DNA from: Lama glama | Taxonomy: Eukaryota | Direction: 5' to 3' | Length of the DNA stretch: 64,000 bases | NCBI GenBank assembly: GCA_028534125.1 | Contig: CM052841.1 | Coordinates: 61,628,001 to 61,692,000, forward strand | Part shown: in pieces, positions 24,501 through 36,000 of the stretch | Layout: each line of letters begins with the position of its first letter | How positions within the stretch are numbered: the stretch's first letter is position 1 | Program-made: the position numbers and the translations under genes | The notes under the pieces: generated by a model | Database searches by the model: none | What the model saw: only the letters and a program-made list of their open reading frames with translations | What the model was told of the DNA's origin: nothing

Positions 24501-26531
24501 AGACTTTATCGTCATTCTTCCTGCCTTGATCCCAATAATGCCCCAGTACTCCACCAAGAGAAAAAGGGCATTTTCCATCCCTGTGGCAGTCCTGTGATAA
24601 TGACCCTCTGACCTATGATTCTCCCCTGCAATCCAGGCCTCTCCGATGAAGGTGGGCCCAGGTCAGAAGGAGCCCCAAAGCCCAAATCAAAAGCCCGGAA
24701 GCGGTTGGAAGAAAACCAAGGAGGCCCCAAGCCAGAGACAGTGAGATCAACTAGCAGCGACAGGTAAAGGGAGAAGCAGCCCCAGCAGCCCCACTCAGGG
24801 TGGTGGCCCCTGAAGTCACAGGATGGCCACCAGGCCCTTTCTGCTGGATGACAATATCATGGGTCAGCATCCAGCTCCTGAGGGTCCTCAGAGAGCACAG
24901 CCTGAGGGCGGGGCCCAGACAAACGGGCAACCTCACTGGCAATCCAACAAGTACGCAGTAAGATACTTTGTTTTTGCTCACCAGACTGACAGGGTCTTTT
25001 TAAGACAAAAATGCTCAGTAAGAGTGGCAGGAAATAGGCACTCTCCAGTACTTCTGGTGGATATAAGAAAAGCATTACCTTGTGTCCATGAATATTTGTT
25101 GAATCCCACTGATTTATCCCCTAAGGTTCTCTGTTCCCCTGAAGCAACAGCTTCCGTGCTCCTGTGTGGAGAGTAAGGAGGCACATATCCAGGCTCCATT
25201 AATTCACCCAGTGCACATTCTTGGAGCACCTGGCACTGAGCTAGGGATGCGGCGCTGAACTTCATGGGGCTCACAGGCCGGGAGGCAAGGCCAACAAGGA
25301 CATCGCAGGAAGTACAGCAGTCCAGGGTGGCAGGTGATGCAGAGGAATGAGGGTGCCATCACCTGGGGCAGGGGGATCTCAAACATCAGGAAAGGCCGAG
25401 GCAAGTCTCACAAATCAAGTAAGCATTAGCCTGGCTGAGGAAGAGGCAGCTCTCACTCATGCCTTAATCAGATACCCTTTTGAGCCCCTATTGTGTGACC
25501 AGGCCCCTGCCTTCATGGAGTTTACATTCCAGTGTGGAGAAACAGACAATAAATCTGTAAACAGATAAACAAATTCTATCACTTCCATTAGTGACGGGTG
25601 CTGCAAGGAAATTCAAAAGAAGGTAAGTGATGGGGGTGGAGCAGATACAAGGTCTACTTGATGAGGGGGTTATCAAGGAAGCCTCTTTGAGGAAACAGCA
25701 CTGAGCTGAGCTTTGAATGAGAAGGGGCCAGGGGACAGACCCTCCACAGCAGGAATAGCAGGCCCTGGGGAGAGAGAGGGAGGGAGGGAGAGTGGGTCAG
25801 CTTCAGCACAGAGAAGGATGAGAGGTCACGAGCAGCGGCCAGAGTTTGGGCTGGGGGCTTTTGCAGGCTACGTGAGTACTTGCTGAATGAATGAATTCCC
25901 TGAATTTGGTCAAATTGGTTTTGCAGCTATCAAGAGAGCCAGCGCCTGAGTGCAGGAGGAAACAGAGAGGGCGGGGTGGGCTGGGAGGAGGCTGGAGGGG
26001 TCAGCGGGGCCAGTCCTGGGGCCCATAGGCTTGTGGTCAGGAGTTTCAGCCTCGTCCTCAGGCCATGGGGAGCCATGGGAAGGTTTTAGGCTGAGTGACA
26101 TTTTCCAGCTTTACCTCACAAAGACCTATGTGTCACCAACCGGCCTTTAAAACCCACAACATCCAATGAGGTAGGGCTTCCTGCCGGCAGAACCTAAGTT
26201 GTGTTGGGGTGGAGGTGACTCCTACACCTCCCCACCTCTCCCCTGTAATGGCGGGGTGAAGAGACAGGCTCCTGAGTTTAGAGGAGCTGGAAACAAAGCA
26301 GCCAGCTCCGAGGTGCACCCCAGGATCCGTTCACAGTGACTTTTCTCCTCTAGGATTACGTCAAGCTCCTTGGAAAGTCCTTCCACTTCTGAAGCCAATC
26401 CTGAGGGGCTTTACCAGTCAGCAAGCTCCGAGCAGGACCCTGGGGCAGAGCGAGAAGGCAGCCCCATGTGGGGCAGCAGCCCCTTCCAGCTCCCAGCTTA
26501 CTTGGATGAAGACATCATTGACTTGAAGTAA
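442..26531 (+). CDS. GARNL3: GARNL3 (GTPase-activating Rap/RanGAP domain-like 3), 3' part: join(442..540,909..1025,1528..1703,3975..4133,13065..13131,18605..18712,20151..20269,22232..22370,23152..23367,24637..24763,26354..26531); 5' exons lie upstream of the window
   Basis: 11 AG/GT-bounded exons splice in frame to [44 protein letters not shown]...EDIIDLK*, matching the recalled GARNL3 CNH domain and C-terminus; synteny with SLC2A8, ZNF79 and RPL12. Confidence 0.95.
909..1025 (+). CDS. GARNL3: GARNL3 coding exon ([11 protein letters not shown]...LEKTK)
   Basis: ccag|GG...AAAG|gtgac, 117 nt; lies in ORF 764..1114. Confidence 0.92.
1528..1703 (+). CDS. GARNL3: GARNL3 coding exon ([11 protein letters not shown]...EEFQYIR)
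   Basis: ttcccag|GT...CGG|gtatgt, 176 nt; lies in ORF 1431..1916. Confidence 0.93.
1975..2398 (+). mobile_element. Old L1 3'-end fragment (L1MA/L1MB-like)
   Basis: Typical L1 3'UTR motifs (gtggttaccagagg, tacaccttaaacttacac, caattatatc) ending in an A-rich tail; boundaries approximate. Confidence 0.7.
3420..3640. mobile_element. MIR SINE
   Basis: MIR core gagcctcagtttcctcacctgtgaaatag...acagtgcctggcac. Confidence 0.75.
3975..4133 (+). CDS. GARNL3: GARNL3 coding exon (EICLSDSP...HHVEANR)
   Basis: acag|GAG...AGG|gtgagt, 159 nt; lies in ORF 3780..4142. Confidence 0.93.
5231..5254. repeat. (GT)12 microsatellite
   Basis: Read directly from the sequence. Confidence 0.95.
5280..5560. mobile_element. 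MER5-like hAT DNA transposon remnants
   Basis: ccccacccccagagatttc...ccccaggtgat and ccccaccccagatcagttaaatcagaat motifs. Confidence 0.55.
7081..9795 (-). mobile_element. 5'-truncated, relatively young L1 (antisense, gapped) with 17-bp TSD CAGAAGACATATCTTTT (7064..7080 and 9796..9812)
   Basis: Poly-T at 7077-7092, L1 3'UTR, ORF2 C-terminal-like peptides (ORF 8220..8570 [16 protein letters not shown]), identical flanking direct repeats, TTTT/AA endonuclease site. Confidence 0.9.
10340..10590. mobile_element. MIR SINE
   Basis: aggaaactgaagctcaga...acatagctagtaagtagcagaggcaggacttgaacctagg. Confidence 0.7.
12705..12890. mobile_element. MIR SINE
   Basis: tctgtgagcctcactttcctcatctgtaaaatggga core. 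Confidence 0.7.
13065..13131 (+). CDS. GARNL3: GARNL3 coding exon ([22 protein letters not shown])
   Basis: gcag|GTT...AACT|gtaagt, 67 nt, phase 0/1. Confidence 0.92.
15800..17150 (-). mobile_element. L2 LINE remnant
   Basis: cattcattcattcagcaagtatttac L2 3'-end motif followed by purine-rich L2-like body; boundaries approximate. Confidence 0.6.
18270..18410. mobile_element. MIR SINE
   Basis: gcctcaattttctcatctgtaaaatga...cagtgcctggcacatagta. Confidence 0.7.
18605..18712 (+). CDS. GARNL3: GARNL3 coding exon ([11 protein letters not shown]...APYAI)
   Basis: gcag|AC...ATCG|gtaagg, 108 nt. Confidence 0.93.
20151..20269 (+). CDS. GARNL3: GARNL3 coding exon ([10 protein letters not shown]...LVASR)
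   Basis: ttgcag|TC...AGG|gtgagt, 119 nt. Confidence 0.93.
20979..21806. mobile_element. hAT-type DNA transposon (MER63-like)
   Basis: Imperfect terminal inverted repeats cagtggggtgctgg ... ccagcacgcgctg around an AT-rich interior. Confidence 0.55.
22232..22370 (+). CDS. GARNL3: GARNL3 coding exon (SDIYFTAT...PSSPGE)
   Basis: ttctag|TCG...GAAG|gtgaag, 139 nt. Confidence 0.9.
23152..23367 (+). CDS. GARNL3: GARNL3 coding exon ([13 protein letters not shown]...RRELL)
   Basis: ttcag|GT...CTGG|gtaatg, 216 nt. Confidence 0.92.
24637..24763 (+). CDS. GARNL3: GARNL3 coding exon (GLSDEGGP...RSTSSD)
   Basis: ccag|GC...GACAG|gtaaag, 127 nt. Confidence 0.9.
26354..26531 (+). CDS. GARNL3: GARNL3 terminal coding exon (...LDEDIIDLK*)
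   Basis: ctctag|G acceptor, TAA at 26529-26531. Confidence 0.92.
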
Positions 26532-26753
26532 ACAGAGTCCCAATGAGTTTGCCATCTTTCACTTTCTTATGGAGGTTTATACTCTTTAGCCAGTTCTGAC
26601 ATCATTTCTCAACAAAATGTGGCTTTTAGCCTGTCCGTGATCTCTTGAACCAAACCTTCTGCACACTCGACCAGTTTGGGTCACCCTCCAATGCCCAGTG
26701 CCATCTTTCTTGACCTTTGTTTCTTTCTGTTCAGAAACCATCAGTCCCCTTGT

Positions 26754-26803
26754 AATAAAGGTGGTAGATTTCATTGAGGTTTTAGATTGAAACTTTGAAT
26801 AAA
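26754..26803 (+). terminator. GARNL3 candidate polyadenylation signals (AATAAA at 26754 and 26798)
   Basis: Two canonical hexamers 220-270 nt after the stop codon, followed by T-rich sequence. Confidence 0.6.
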
Positions 26804-29800
26804 TCAAAAATGTTCATTCTTATTTACTGCACCCTTCTCTTATATTTTATATACTTAGATGGAGAAATTATTTTTTCATTACAGTTTTGATTTGTCACAT
26901 GATGTGTTTTCTTTTATAAAGAAAAGCCATTGCTTTGAAAATTTATGATAAATAAGTTTTCTTTTTGCACTGTTGGCCCCTGTTACTGTTTCAGTTCACT
27001 GTGATTGGGACCAGCTGTGTTCCTGCCTACAGACTTGAGAACAGCTGCATTTTTAGGTCTTAGAAGCTCCTGCTGTTTTCTTCGTATGTCTCATGAAAAA
27101 TAATAAGGTATAGGAGCCTGTTTTATTTGTTTGTTTGTTTTATTGTTACTGTGAAATCATATAACCAAAAAAGTTACTCTTTGTCATCAAAATCATTCTC
27201 AAATTCCCTCCTCTTGTTCGGGTCCCCTTTGCTCTTTCACATGAACCAGATGATTATACTTTCCCTGATCATGTATCTGCCTTCCATTGCTCCCTGCTCA
27301 GAGTGAGAAGAAAATGAGGGTGTGGCCAAGTGCAAATGAAACAGTGAGATGTCTGCCCCCGGCCAGCGGAGAGGAAAGGAGGAAAACCTAGTTTCACTGA
27401 CATTGTGAAATTTTTAATCTGTGCAAAGACGATAATTTACCTTTGGCTTTAGTCTGACAGATTCTGTTTTATTATAACTCGTCTTGCCTATATTACCCAT
27501 CAAAAGAAACTTGAGATCATTTACCCCGTGAAAGTGGCTCTGAGGAGTTCTTCTGCAGGTCCGATCCCTAAGCGCAGAGACCTGTGCTTGACATCACCCT
27601 GATCTGACAGATTTTACAGAAGTTTGGACCCTACCTCCTTGGCCTTGTACACTATGGAGAGAGCTCTCCTCTTTGCCTATTGCACAAACAATCCAACAGG
27701 ATGAATCCAAGCTGAAGGCTGCCTGGTCCCCTTCAGCAGAAGGCAAGAGGTGATAGTATTGACAGTGCTTTTTAGGTATGGCCAGGCGGGGTGTCTATAA
27801 CCAAAGGAGTCTTCAAGTTTTTGCAGCTGACCTCACGTTCAGCGTTCGCATTATTCTGTGTTTTGTTACGTCCTTTTCAGATGTAGGGGAAAACACAAGA
27901 TCAACAACATGCTGTATCTGGACCTCACCAAAAGTTTGTGAATTTGGTTTTATTATTCTTTTCAAATGAGGAAACTGAGGCTCAGAAAGGGGCAGTGATT
28001 TGAACCTGTGAGTTCTCTGACCTCAGAGCTGGTCTCTGTCCCCTGTCTACCTTACAGACCCAGGCTGAGTGCCTTGTATCAGTTGGATCTGGCTGGTGTT
28101 TTTCATGGTAAAATAATTTGTAAGCTTCATGAGCTTGTATGTGTGTGTTTCCTGTCATCTTTTTTTTTTTTCTCTGAAGTTTCTTGACTCTCAGTCTGGA
28201 ACAGAAAAACCAAGGGCTATTTAGACCATTCTTCCAAAGAGATTGGCAGCATCACAGCCACCTCACAATTTGCCAAGGGTCACAGATCTGAGGAGTGAAC
28301 ATAGAAAGGATTTTTGATCCTACTAAACAGATTGAGGGTGTTTAACATTTAAAGGCAGGGCGGGAGGCTGCTCTGGCAGCAATATCTGCTTACAAAGGCC
28401 AAGAAGTGAATATTACAAACTCAGGGGAGGGAGATGACCAGCTGGAGAGCAGGAGCAGGTTTGTAGGGGTCCCTGGCTCAGAGGGCTGGCTGGCGTTACC
28501 TGGGCTCATGGGATCATCCTGTCTACACAAGCCTCTGCATACCCCACAGGCTGAACTGCAAAGTCAACTGTCTAATGCAGCAGTTTGCCCTTGGCGTCTG
28601 AGGTGTCCATCCCCTCAGCAAACACCAAGTGTCCACTGTCTGGAGGAGGAGATCATGTCCATTGGGGGAGGGAGAGAAGTAAACAGGTGATCACAAGCAG
28701 TGATAAGAATTTATGACTGGAGCACAAGATGCTGAGGAATCACGGAGGGGTGGTTGCCTAAGTCTTAAAAGATAGTACAATCAGGTGACTGCACTAGGTC
28801 AAACGACCATTGTAATCATACCTGATAGCATTTGAGCACTTTTGCATGTGTTTGGTCTTTTTACATTGCCCCTACCCAAAACCCTCCTGCAAGACAGATA
28901 CTGTCATCCCCACTTACAGATGAGGAAACAGAGGCCCAAAGAGGGCTTAGAAGCCAAGCTTCTTTTACTTTCCTAGCCCTGGTTCTTGCCAGAATTACAC
29001 AGCACTCCACCGCTGCTGTCTGCACCCAGAGAGCATACCAATGGCGAGAGGCTGCAGAGCCCTGAGTTCATCATCCTCATCTCCTGCAATGACTTGGGTG
29101 CACACACGTAGAGAGGTTGGCTATTAACATCTATAGGGAAGTCAAAGTTGGGAGGTGTTAAGAATATTCCAGAGTCAGGATTACCTGTGAAGTGAGTGGA
29201 ATTTAACAGGGAGCGTGGGGATCACCATTTAAGCCCAGATCAGTCACACATATGCGGCGTGGGGGACCTCGCCCAACACAGGTCCCCAGCACCCGGAGGT
29301 CCTTGTCGTCGGCGGCTCCGAGGCTGTCAGCAATCTGGGGGTTCCGAGACGTGAGAAGCAGGGCCGGGCCAGGTTCGGCATCGGCATCCGAGAGGAGAAC
29401 GGCCCAGGACCGTTGTTTGGAGACCTTCCTCCCTGCGGTTCTCAGTGGGTAGAGCTGCCTAGACCCCAGGGCAGCAGTTAATACCGGGAAGGAACCACAG
29501 ACCCGACCGAGGATGACAGCTGCAGCTGCCCAGAGTGGGAGCGGGAATTCCTGGGCTCGGCCCACGTGCTGCGCCTTCACTGGTCGACGCTGGATGGAGA
29601 GGCGGCCCCAGGCGCAAGGGCAATCTCCGCCCTCCAACCTCACTGGCAGACAAGTTTGAGGCAGTTTATATGACCCCGCCTCTGGGCTCGCACCACACTC
29701 CTATTGGGTGGTCCTGTGCTCCACGCCCAGATACAAACTCCGCTCCGCCTATACATCGGATAGCTCTGTTTTAGGGGCGGTTCCACTGCGCGTCCCCTAC

Positions 29801-30029
29801 CGGCTTTTTGCTTCCATTGGTCCGCCTTGACTTGAAGGGCGGCTCCTAGCACAGACGTTAACCCCGCCTTGCTTTCCCATTGGCTGCTCCCACACCGCCG
29901 ATCCCGCCCCAGAGCCGCCCCTCACCGTCCATTGGCTGGCTCTGGCCTGAGGGGTTGGTGCCGGCCGCGCTCGCGGGACTCGCGGCAGTTTAGGCAGCAG
30001 AGCTGACCCAGCAAGCGTTGGCTGCGGAT

Positions 30030-30085
30030 ATGACGCCTGAGGACCAGGAGGAGACCCAGCCGCTCCTGCGGCCCCCGGGCGGCAG
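30030..30085 (+). CDS. SLC2A8: SLC2A8 exon 1 (coding part)
   Basis: ATG at 30030, GCAG|gtgagc. Confidence 0.93.
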
Positions 30086-33000
30086 GTGAGCGAGCAGTGG
30101 GAACCGGGCCTGGGGACGCGGCCTCTCCCCTCCACTGCGCCCAGGCCCCGCCGCTCACCGACTGCCCTGTTCTCGCAGCGCTCCCCGCAGCCGCCGCGTC
30201 TTCCTCGCCGCCTTCGCCGCTGCCCTGGGCCCGCTCAGCTTCGGCTTCGCCCTCGGCTACAGCTCCCCGGCCATTCCGAGCCTGCGGCGCGCCGCGCCCC
30301 CAGCCCCGCGCCTCGATGCCGCCGCCGCCTCCTGGTTCGGGGTGAGGCCTCGGGCTCACCCTCCAGCCCTCCCCGGGACCTTCCTCCGCCCACCCCTAAG
30401 ATGGGCCCTGGGACCCTCCCCGTGCCTTGCTTCAGGAGGGCACTGAGACCCTCCGCCGAGTACGTCCCGGCTGCCCTGCCAGGGGTCGCCCATCCTCTTC
30501 CCCTCCCCCGGCCCAAGACCTCTGAGGGTGGGGTGAAGGGCGGGGTTGGGCCGCGGCGCCCTGGCGCCCCCTCCTCAGCCCGCGATCGCCCTGCCCCCAG
30601 GCCATCGTGACCCTGGGCGCCGCGGCGGGGGGCGTACTGGGTGGCTGGCTCGTAGACCTCGCCGGGCGCAAGCTGAGCCTCCTGCTCTGCACCGTACCCT
30701 TCGTGACCGGCTTTGCCATCATCACCGCGGCTCAGAACGTGTGGATGCTGCTCGGAGGCCGCCTCCTCACGGGCCTGGCCTGTGGCATTGCCTCGCTAGT
30801 GGCTCCGGTGAGTGTGTCCCCCAGCCTCGAGGCCTGGTTCTCCCTGGCTGCGGCCTCCTGGGTGCGTAGCACCTGCCCCTTCCCTGCTTCATCTTCCTTG
30901 CACTCGAAATGGGCTTGGAAAGAGCCATTGTTATAGTCCGTTTACAGACGAAGTGAGCTTAAGAAACCTGAAGTCCTTTGTGGAGGCACAGCTAGTCAGA
31001 TTGTGAAGCTATTACTCGAACCCAGGACTGTGCCACTTAACAGGGCCTCTCTGCTCCACAAGTAATATGGCATCTGTGAATGGTCAACAGAAGTCTCACA
31101 GTGTGGCTTACATCCCTCTTGTCATTCAGACCACTGACTACAGTTTAGCAGGAAAATCCTGTTCTGGTTTGTCCTCAGGGGCAAAGGCTGCTGGGACCTG
31201 CCGCTCCCCTTCACTGCTCACAAACCAGTCCTCCAGCTGCTTCCCCTGCTCTCCCACCATCTCCTGACCCAGCACTGGCCAGGCTGACTTTGGAGCTGTG
31301 CACATCTGGGTGAAATCCTGTCTCAGCCACTTACCAGGGCAGAGCAACCCTCTGCGCCTCAGTTTTCTCCCTTGTAAAATGGGAATAATGGCATTACCTC
31401 GTGCTGTGGTTGTGAGGATTCAGTGAGACTCTGCACATACAGCCCTGGCCCTGGCACGGCCTGTGGAGGGTCTTGGACCCTGGCAGCTGGGGTTACTGGG
31501 TGATCAGCGAACTGCACACACCCTAACCTGGTCCAGATTGAAAGCAGTAGCTCAGAGTCCATCCTTTTGCACCTACCCCTCCTTTCACCTGCATTTGCTG
31601 GGCAACAGGCAGCAGCTAGATTAGATTTTATTTTACTCTATTTTTTTACTAGGCAAAAGCACAGCTGTCTTAGTCATGGGCATAAGGTATGGAATAACTT
31701 AGAAGCGTGGGCAAGGGCTTTCTGGCTTCCTGAGCCCAGAGGAGCCACTGGTAGCAATTGAGGTGCAGAGTTCCTGCTTTCACTCCAAGGATACCACTCA
31801 CAGAATGGTCCTTGGGCCAGCAGCCTGGGTGTCACCTGGAGCTAGTTAGAAAGACAGAATCTTGGACCCCAGACCCACAGCGTTAGAATCTACATTTTGT
31901 CAAGGGTATGCACACAAGTAAATGAGTTTGGAAAGCTCTGTGCCCTCTCCCCACCACACACACAGCAGCCATGTACGTACCCTTTAAACACCTGCTGCGG
32001 ATCACTTCGTAGGGGCCAGGGAGGTGTGGGGAGGGCTCTGCTAACCAGGGTCCTGCGATTAGGGGCCCACGGGGCCTGCAGCTGCCCCAGTCGAGGCTCT
32101 CCTCAGCTGTGAATGGCTGAGGCTTTGCATCTCATCTTAATTGTCAACAGGTCTATATCTCCGAAATTGCCTACCCCGAAGTGCGGGGACTGCTCGGCTC
32201 CTGTGTGCAGCTGATGGTGGTCATAGGCATCCTCCTAGCCTACCTGGCAGGTATAGTTTCCATGTTACCTCTTTTGATGCCTGGTAATGGCTGTGTGGCC
32301 GTTTTACAGATATGAAACTGAAGTTTAGAGAAGTCAAGAGACGTACCCGAGGTCACACAGCCACTGCCCAAGATGCCAGGTTCCTAGACCACCTCCCTGA
32401 GGCCCTGGGTTGTGTGGGTCTTGTGACCAGGTTCTAGGGGGAGCTGGAGGATGTGACGTCCTCGCCTTCCCACAGCAGAAGCCCAGTCCAGGAGTGTGGG
32501 GAGCACTGGCTGGTTAGGCCAGTACCTCACTGCAATGCCAAACAGGATTCTGGGGGTTGGTGGGGCACCCCAAAATCTTTAGCCCAGGAGGTTGGAGGGC
32601 CCAAGCATGTCTCCCTCAGAAGTATCAGTACTGGATTTGCAGCCTGAAGGAGGCAGGTTCCAGGGACCCAAGGGTCAGAGCTGGGACCAACATGAGGAAT
32701 CTTCCAGAGGCAGACATTTTTCACCAGAACTGGGACAGAAAGAGGGCAGGCTTCAGATCTGACAGTCCAAGGTCAGGGGACTCTGCTACTTCCTAGTTGT
32801 GTGACCTTGGCTTAGTCACACCATCCCTGGTAGCCTCAATGTCCCTGTCTTTAAGTGGAGATAACCCTACCTAGTCCAAAGCTGCTGAGGGATTAAGTTA
32901 AGTGATACTGTGAAAAGTGCCTGGCAGCAGTTCTTAAGAGAATTGTCAAGGGATGGACTGAGGACTGTGGTGGGGATGGGGGTTCAGGGCCTGATGGGCC

Positions 33001-36000
33001 ATGGCAGAGCTTGGGGCATGTGCCCTCTGGTTCTTCAGAGTGGACAACACGCAGGTCTGTGGTCTTTCATTTTCACCTATTTACCTTCCTGACTCTAATT
33101 CAGAGTTCTGCCAGCACTCTCGCTGCCTTGGTGCCAGTAGTGTGCCAAAGCCCCTGCCATGGACAGACACATGAGTGTGGATACATCCATAGAATTAGCC
33201 CCAGGTCATCATAATCTGCACTTTCATTGATCCAGTTCCATGAGTTTTGATTGGTGTCCAGTGAAAAGTCTTCCCCACTCTGTCCTCTTCCTCTCTGGAG
33301 GAGCCAGCCTTGCCTGCTTCTTGGTGGCCTTCCAGAGAGTCTGTGCATGTGGGAGGACTCATATATTTATTCTCCCACCCTACCTTTTAGACAAGTGGTG
33401 CCATGTACGACGTGGGTGCACGGCGAGAGCCTCATCCTTTAATAGCCACATAAATATTCACTGATCACCTCCCGTCGTTTCTACAACACTTAACAACAGT
33501 AATAACAGTATCAATAACGAACAGGAGGGTGGTCGTGCAAAGGTAGTGAGGTCCCCACCCTCTAGTTGAGACCCTGGGGTTGGCTGAGGGGAACACACTC
33601 CTGGAGAAGGTTCAGGCTGGTTCACCCAGCTCTGATGTCTGACACCCCCCCGCTCCAAACCAGGCTGGGTCCTCGAGTGGCGCTGGCTGGCCGTGCTGGG
33701 CTGTGTGCCCCCCTCCTTCATGCTGCTGCTCATGTGCTGCATGCCCGAGACCCCTCGCTTCTTGCTGACTCAGCACAAGCGCCAGGAAGCCATGGCCGCC
33801 ATGCAGTTCCTGTGGGGCTCCGAGCAGGGCTGGGAAGAGCCCCCTGTCAGGGCTGAGCACCAGGTGAGGGGCCAGGAGCCAGAGCTGGCGGGACGGGACA
33901 ATGAAATATCGCCCCTTTGCAGCCAGGCGAGGTCAACCCAGCCTGTCCCCAAGGCTGCACGCTTGTGTGCTCAACTGCGCACACACACGGGGGTGAGTTG
34001 GGGGTGCGGTCCTGTGTGCAGGCAAGCAGAGGCCCACTCAAGCCCCACTCCTTGGCTGGACAACCCTGGGAAAGCCTGAGCCTTAACCTTACTGTCCCAG
34101 GAAGAGAAAGGCCAGGCCAGGTCAGAGGGAAGTGCCGGTGCAGACTTGAGGACTCGGAATTTTTAAACAGGAAGTTGTAGGGAAGGGGAGAAGATTGAGT
34201 CTCTGCCACTTACCTAGTGTGTGACCTTCCCTTCTTTAAGCCTTAGTCTCTTCATCTGTAAAATGGGAGTCACAGCCCATGCCTGGTGGTGGTGGTGGGG
34301 AGGTGAGGATCTTGTCACCTTACAGATAGGGACCTGTCTTTGAACCCAAGGCCCAGGTGGGGTCAGGACAAGAAACAGGCTCCCTCCCTTCACCAGGCCT
34401 TAGGATGATGGGCTCAAAGCCTGGGGACAGGGGGAGAGAGCACTGATGCCCGGTCTCTGTCTGGGCAGGGCTTCCGCCTGGTGCAGCTGTGGCGTCCTGG
34501 CATCTACAAGCCCTTCATCATCGGTGTTTCACTGATGGCCTTCCAGCAGCTGTCAGGCATCAACGCTGTCATGTTCTATGCAGAGAGCATCTTTGAGGAG
34601 GCCAAGTTCAAGGTAAAGAGGCCTCTGCCCCAGCCTGCCTCATCTGGATGCTGCATGGGAGGGATCCAATCCCAGGGTCTTTGCCTGACCCGCCTCGGCC
34701 CTTCCGCAGGACAGCAGCCTGGCCTCGGTTGTCGTGGGCGTCATCCAGGTGCTATTCACGGCCATAGCAGCCTTCGTCATGGACAGGGCGGGGCGGAGGC
34801 TGCTCCTGGCCTTGTCAGGTGAGGCCCAGGGGTGGAGACTCAGCCCTCTCAGCCTCAGCAAGTGGGGTGGCCCAGGCCAAGCTCCCCGCCAGAGGCTGGA
34901 GGGTCTTTGCTGAGGTCACCGCGTTGCGGGAAGAGGACAACCGTGAGCGTCCCTGAGGAGGAGGCCAGGACTTAACTAGAGCTCTCCCTGGGCGCTCGCT
35001 GCAGACCAGGCCTGTGCTAATGGCATCCCTGCATTGTGCCTGAACCTCTGCACTGTACCTAGGAGAAGGTGCCCTCAGGGCCCCAGCTGACGACGAGGAA
35101 ACGGGGCCCAGGGGTGAAGTGGCTCAGAAGCTTGTCATCTTTGGGCAAGTGACTTTACCTCTCTGAGCCAGTTTCCCGCCTGTGAAGTGGGGGCAGTTTG
35201 GGCCCTTGGGAGGACTGGGAGATGACCCAAGCGAGGCCCTCCATGCCGCTGGGCCCAGCAGCCCTGGGTGCTACTGGGGAAGTGGGTCTGAAAATCGTGC
35301 TGCTGCTGCTGTGACTGCCCCTGCTCCCTCAGGCCAGGGAGGGTCTGCTGCCGGGGCCTCCTTGGAGTTTGCTGAGGTTTGAGGTCTAAGCCGGGGCTGG
35401 CAGCGCTGGGGTGGGTGCTGCCCAGTCAGAGCCCTGCTGGCTGCCCTTCTCAGAGGTGTCCAGGCCATGCTGCACTGAGAGACCCCAGCCCGAGTGCTCG
35501 TGTGCGCACTGTGGCCCGCTTGCCCCGCCCTGCCCACTGCCCTCCGCCTGCAGGTGTGGTCATGGTGTTCAGCACCAGTGCCTTTGGCGCCTACTTCAAG
35601 CTGACCCAGGATGGCCCCAGCAACTCCTCACACGTGGACCTCTTGACGCCCATCTCCATGGAGCCCACTGATGCCAGCGTGGGGCTGGCCTGGCTGGCGG
35701 TGGGCAGCATGTGCCTCTTCATCGCTGGTGAGGGGGCCCATGGGCAGGCTGAGCAGGGGCTCATGGGGATGCCCTGTCACCACCAGGTCCCTGCGGCTCC
35801 CAGTGAGTCCAGGCCTAGCCAGCTTCACCTCTGCATTTGTAGCTCTGACCGTGTACCAGGCACCAAGCTAAGCCCTTTTCTGCTCCTTTCACTTAGCTCC
35901 AACCACCCCCCTCCTCCAAGCAGGCCCCATCCTTATCCCATTCTGTACAGTGAGGCGCTGAGCTGGTGGGCCCAGGCTGGAACCCAGGCCCCCTCAGCCC

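Larger units (their letters stand above)
29250..30870 (+). promoter_or_regulatory. SLC2A8 CpG-island promoter with four inverted CCAAT boxes (ATTGG at 29703, 29816, 29879, 29931) and GC boxes
   Basis: High GC and CpG density over exons 1-3; motifs read directly. Confidence 0.8.

Noticed and set aside
29797-30869. Several overlapping 80-175 aa ORFs in the SLC2A8 and RPL12/LRSAM1 CpG islands
   Set aside because: Stop codons are scarce in GC-rich DNA; the spliced genes already explain the real coding parts
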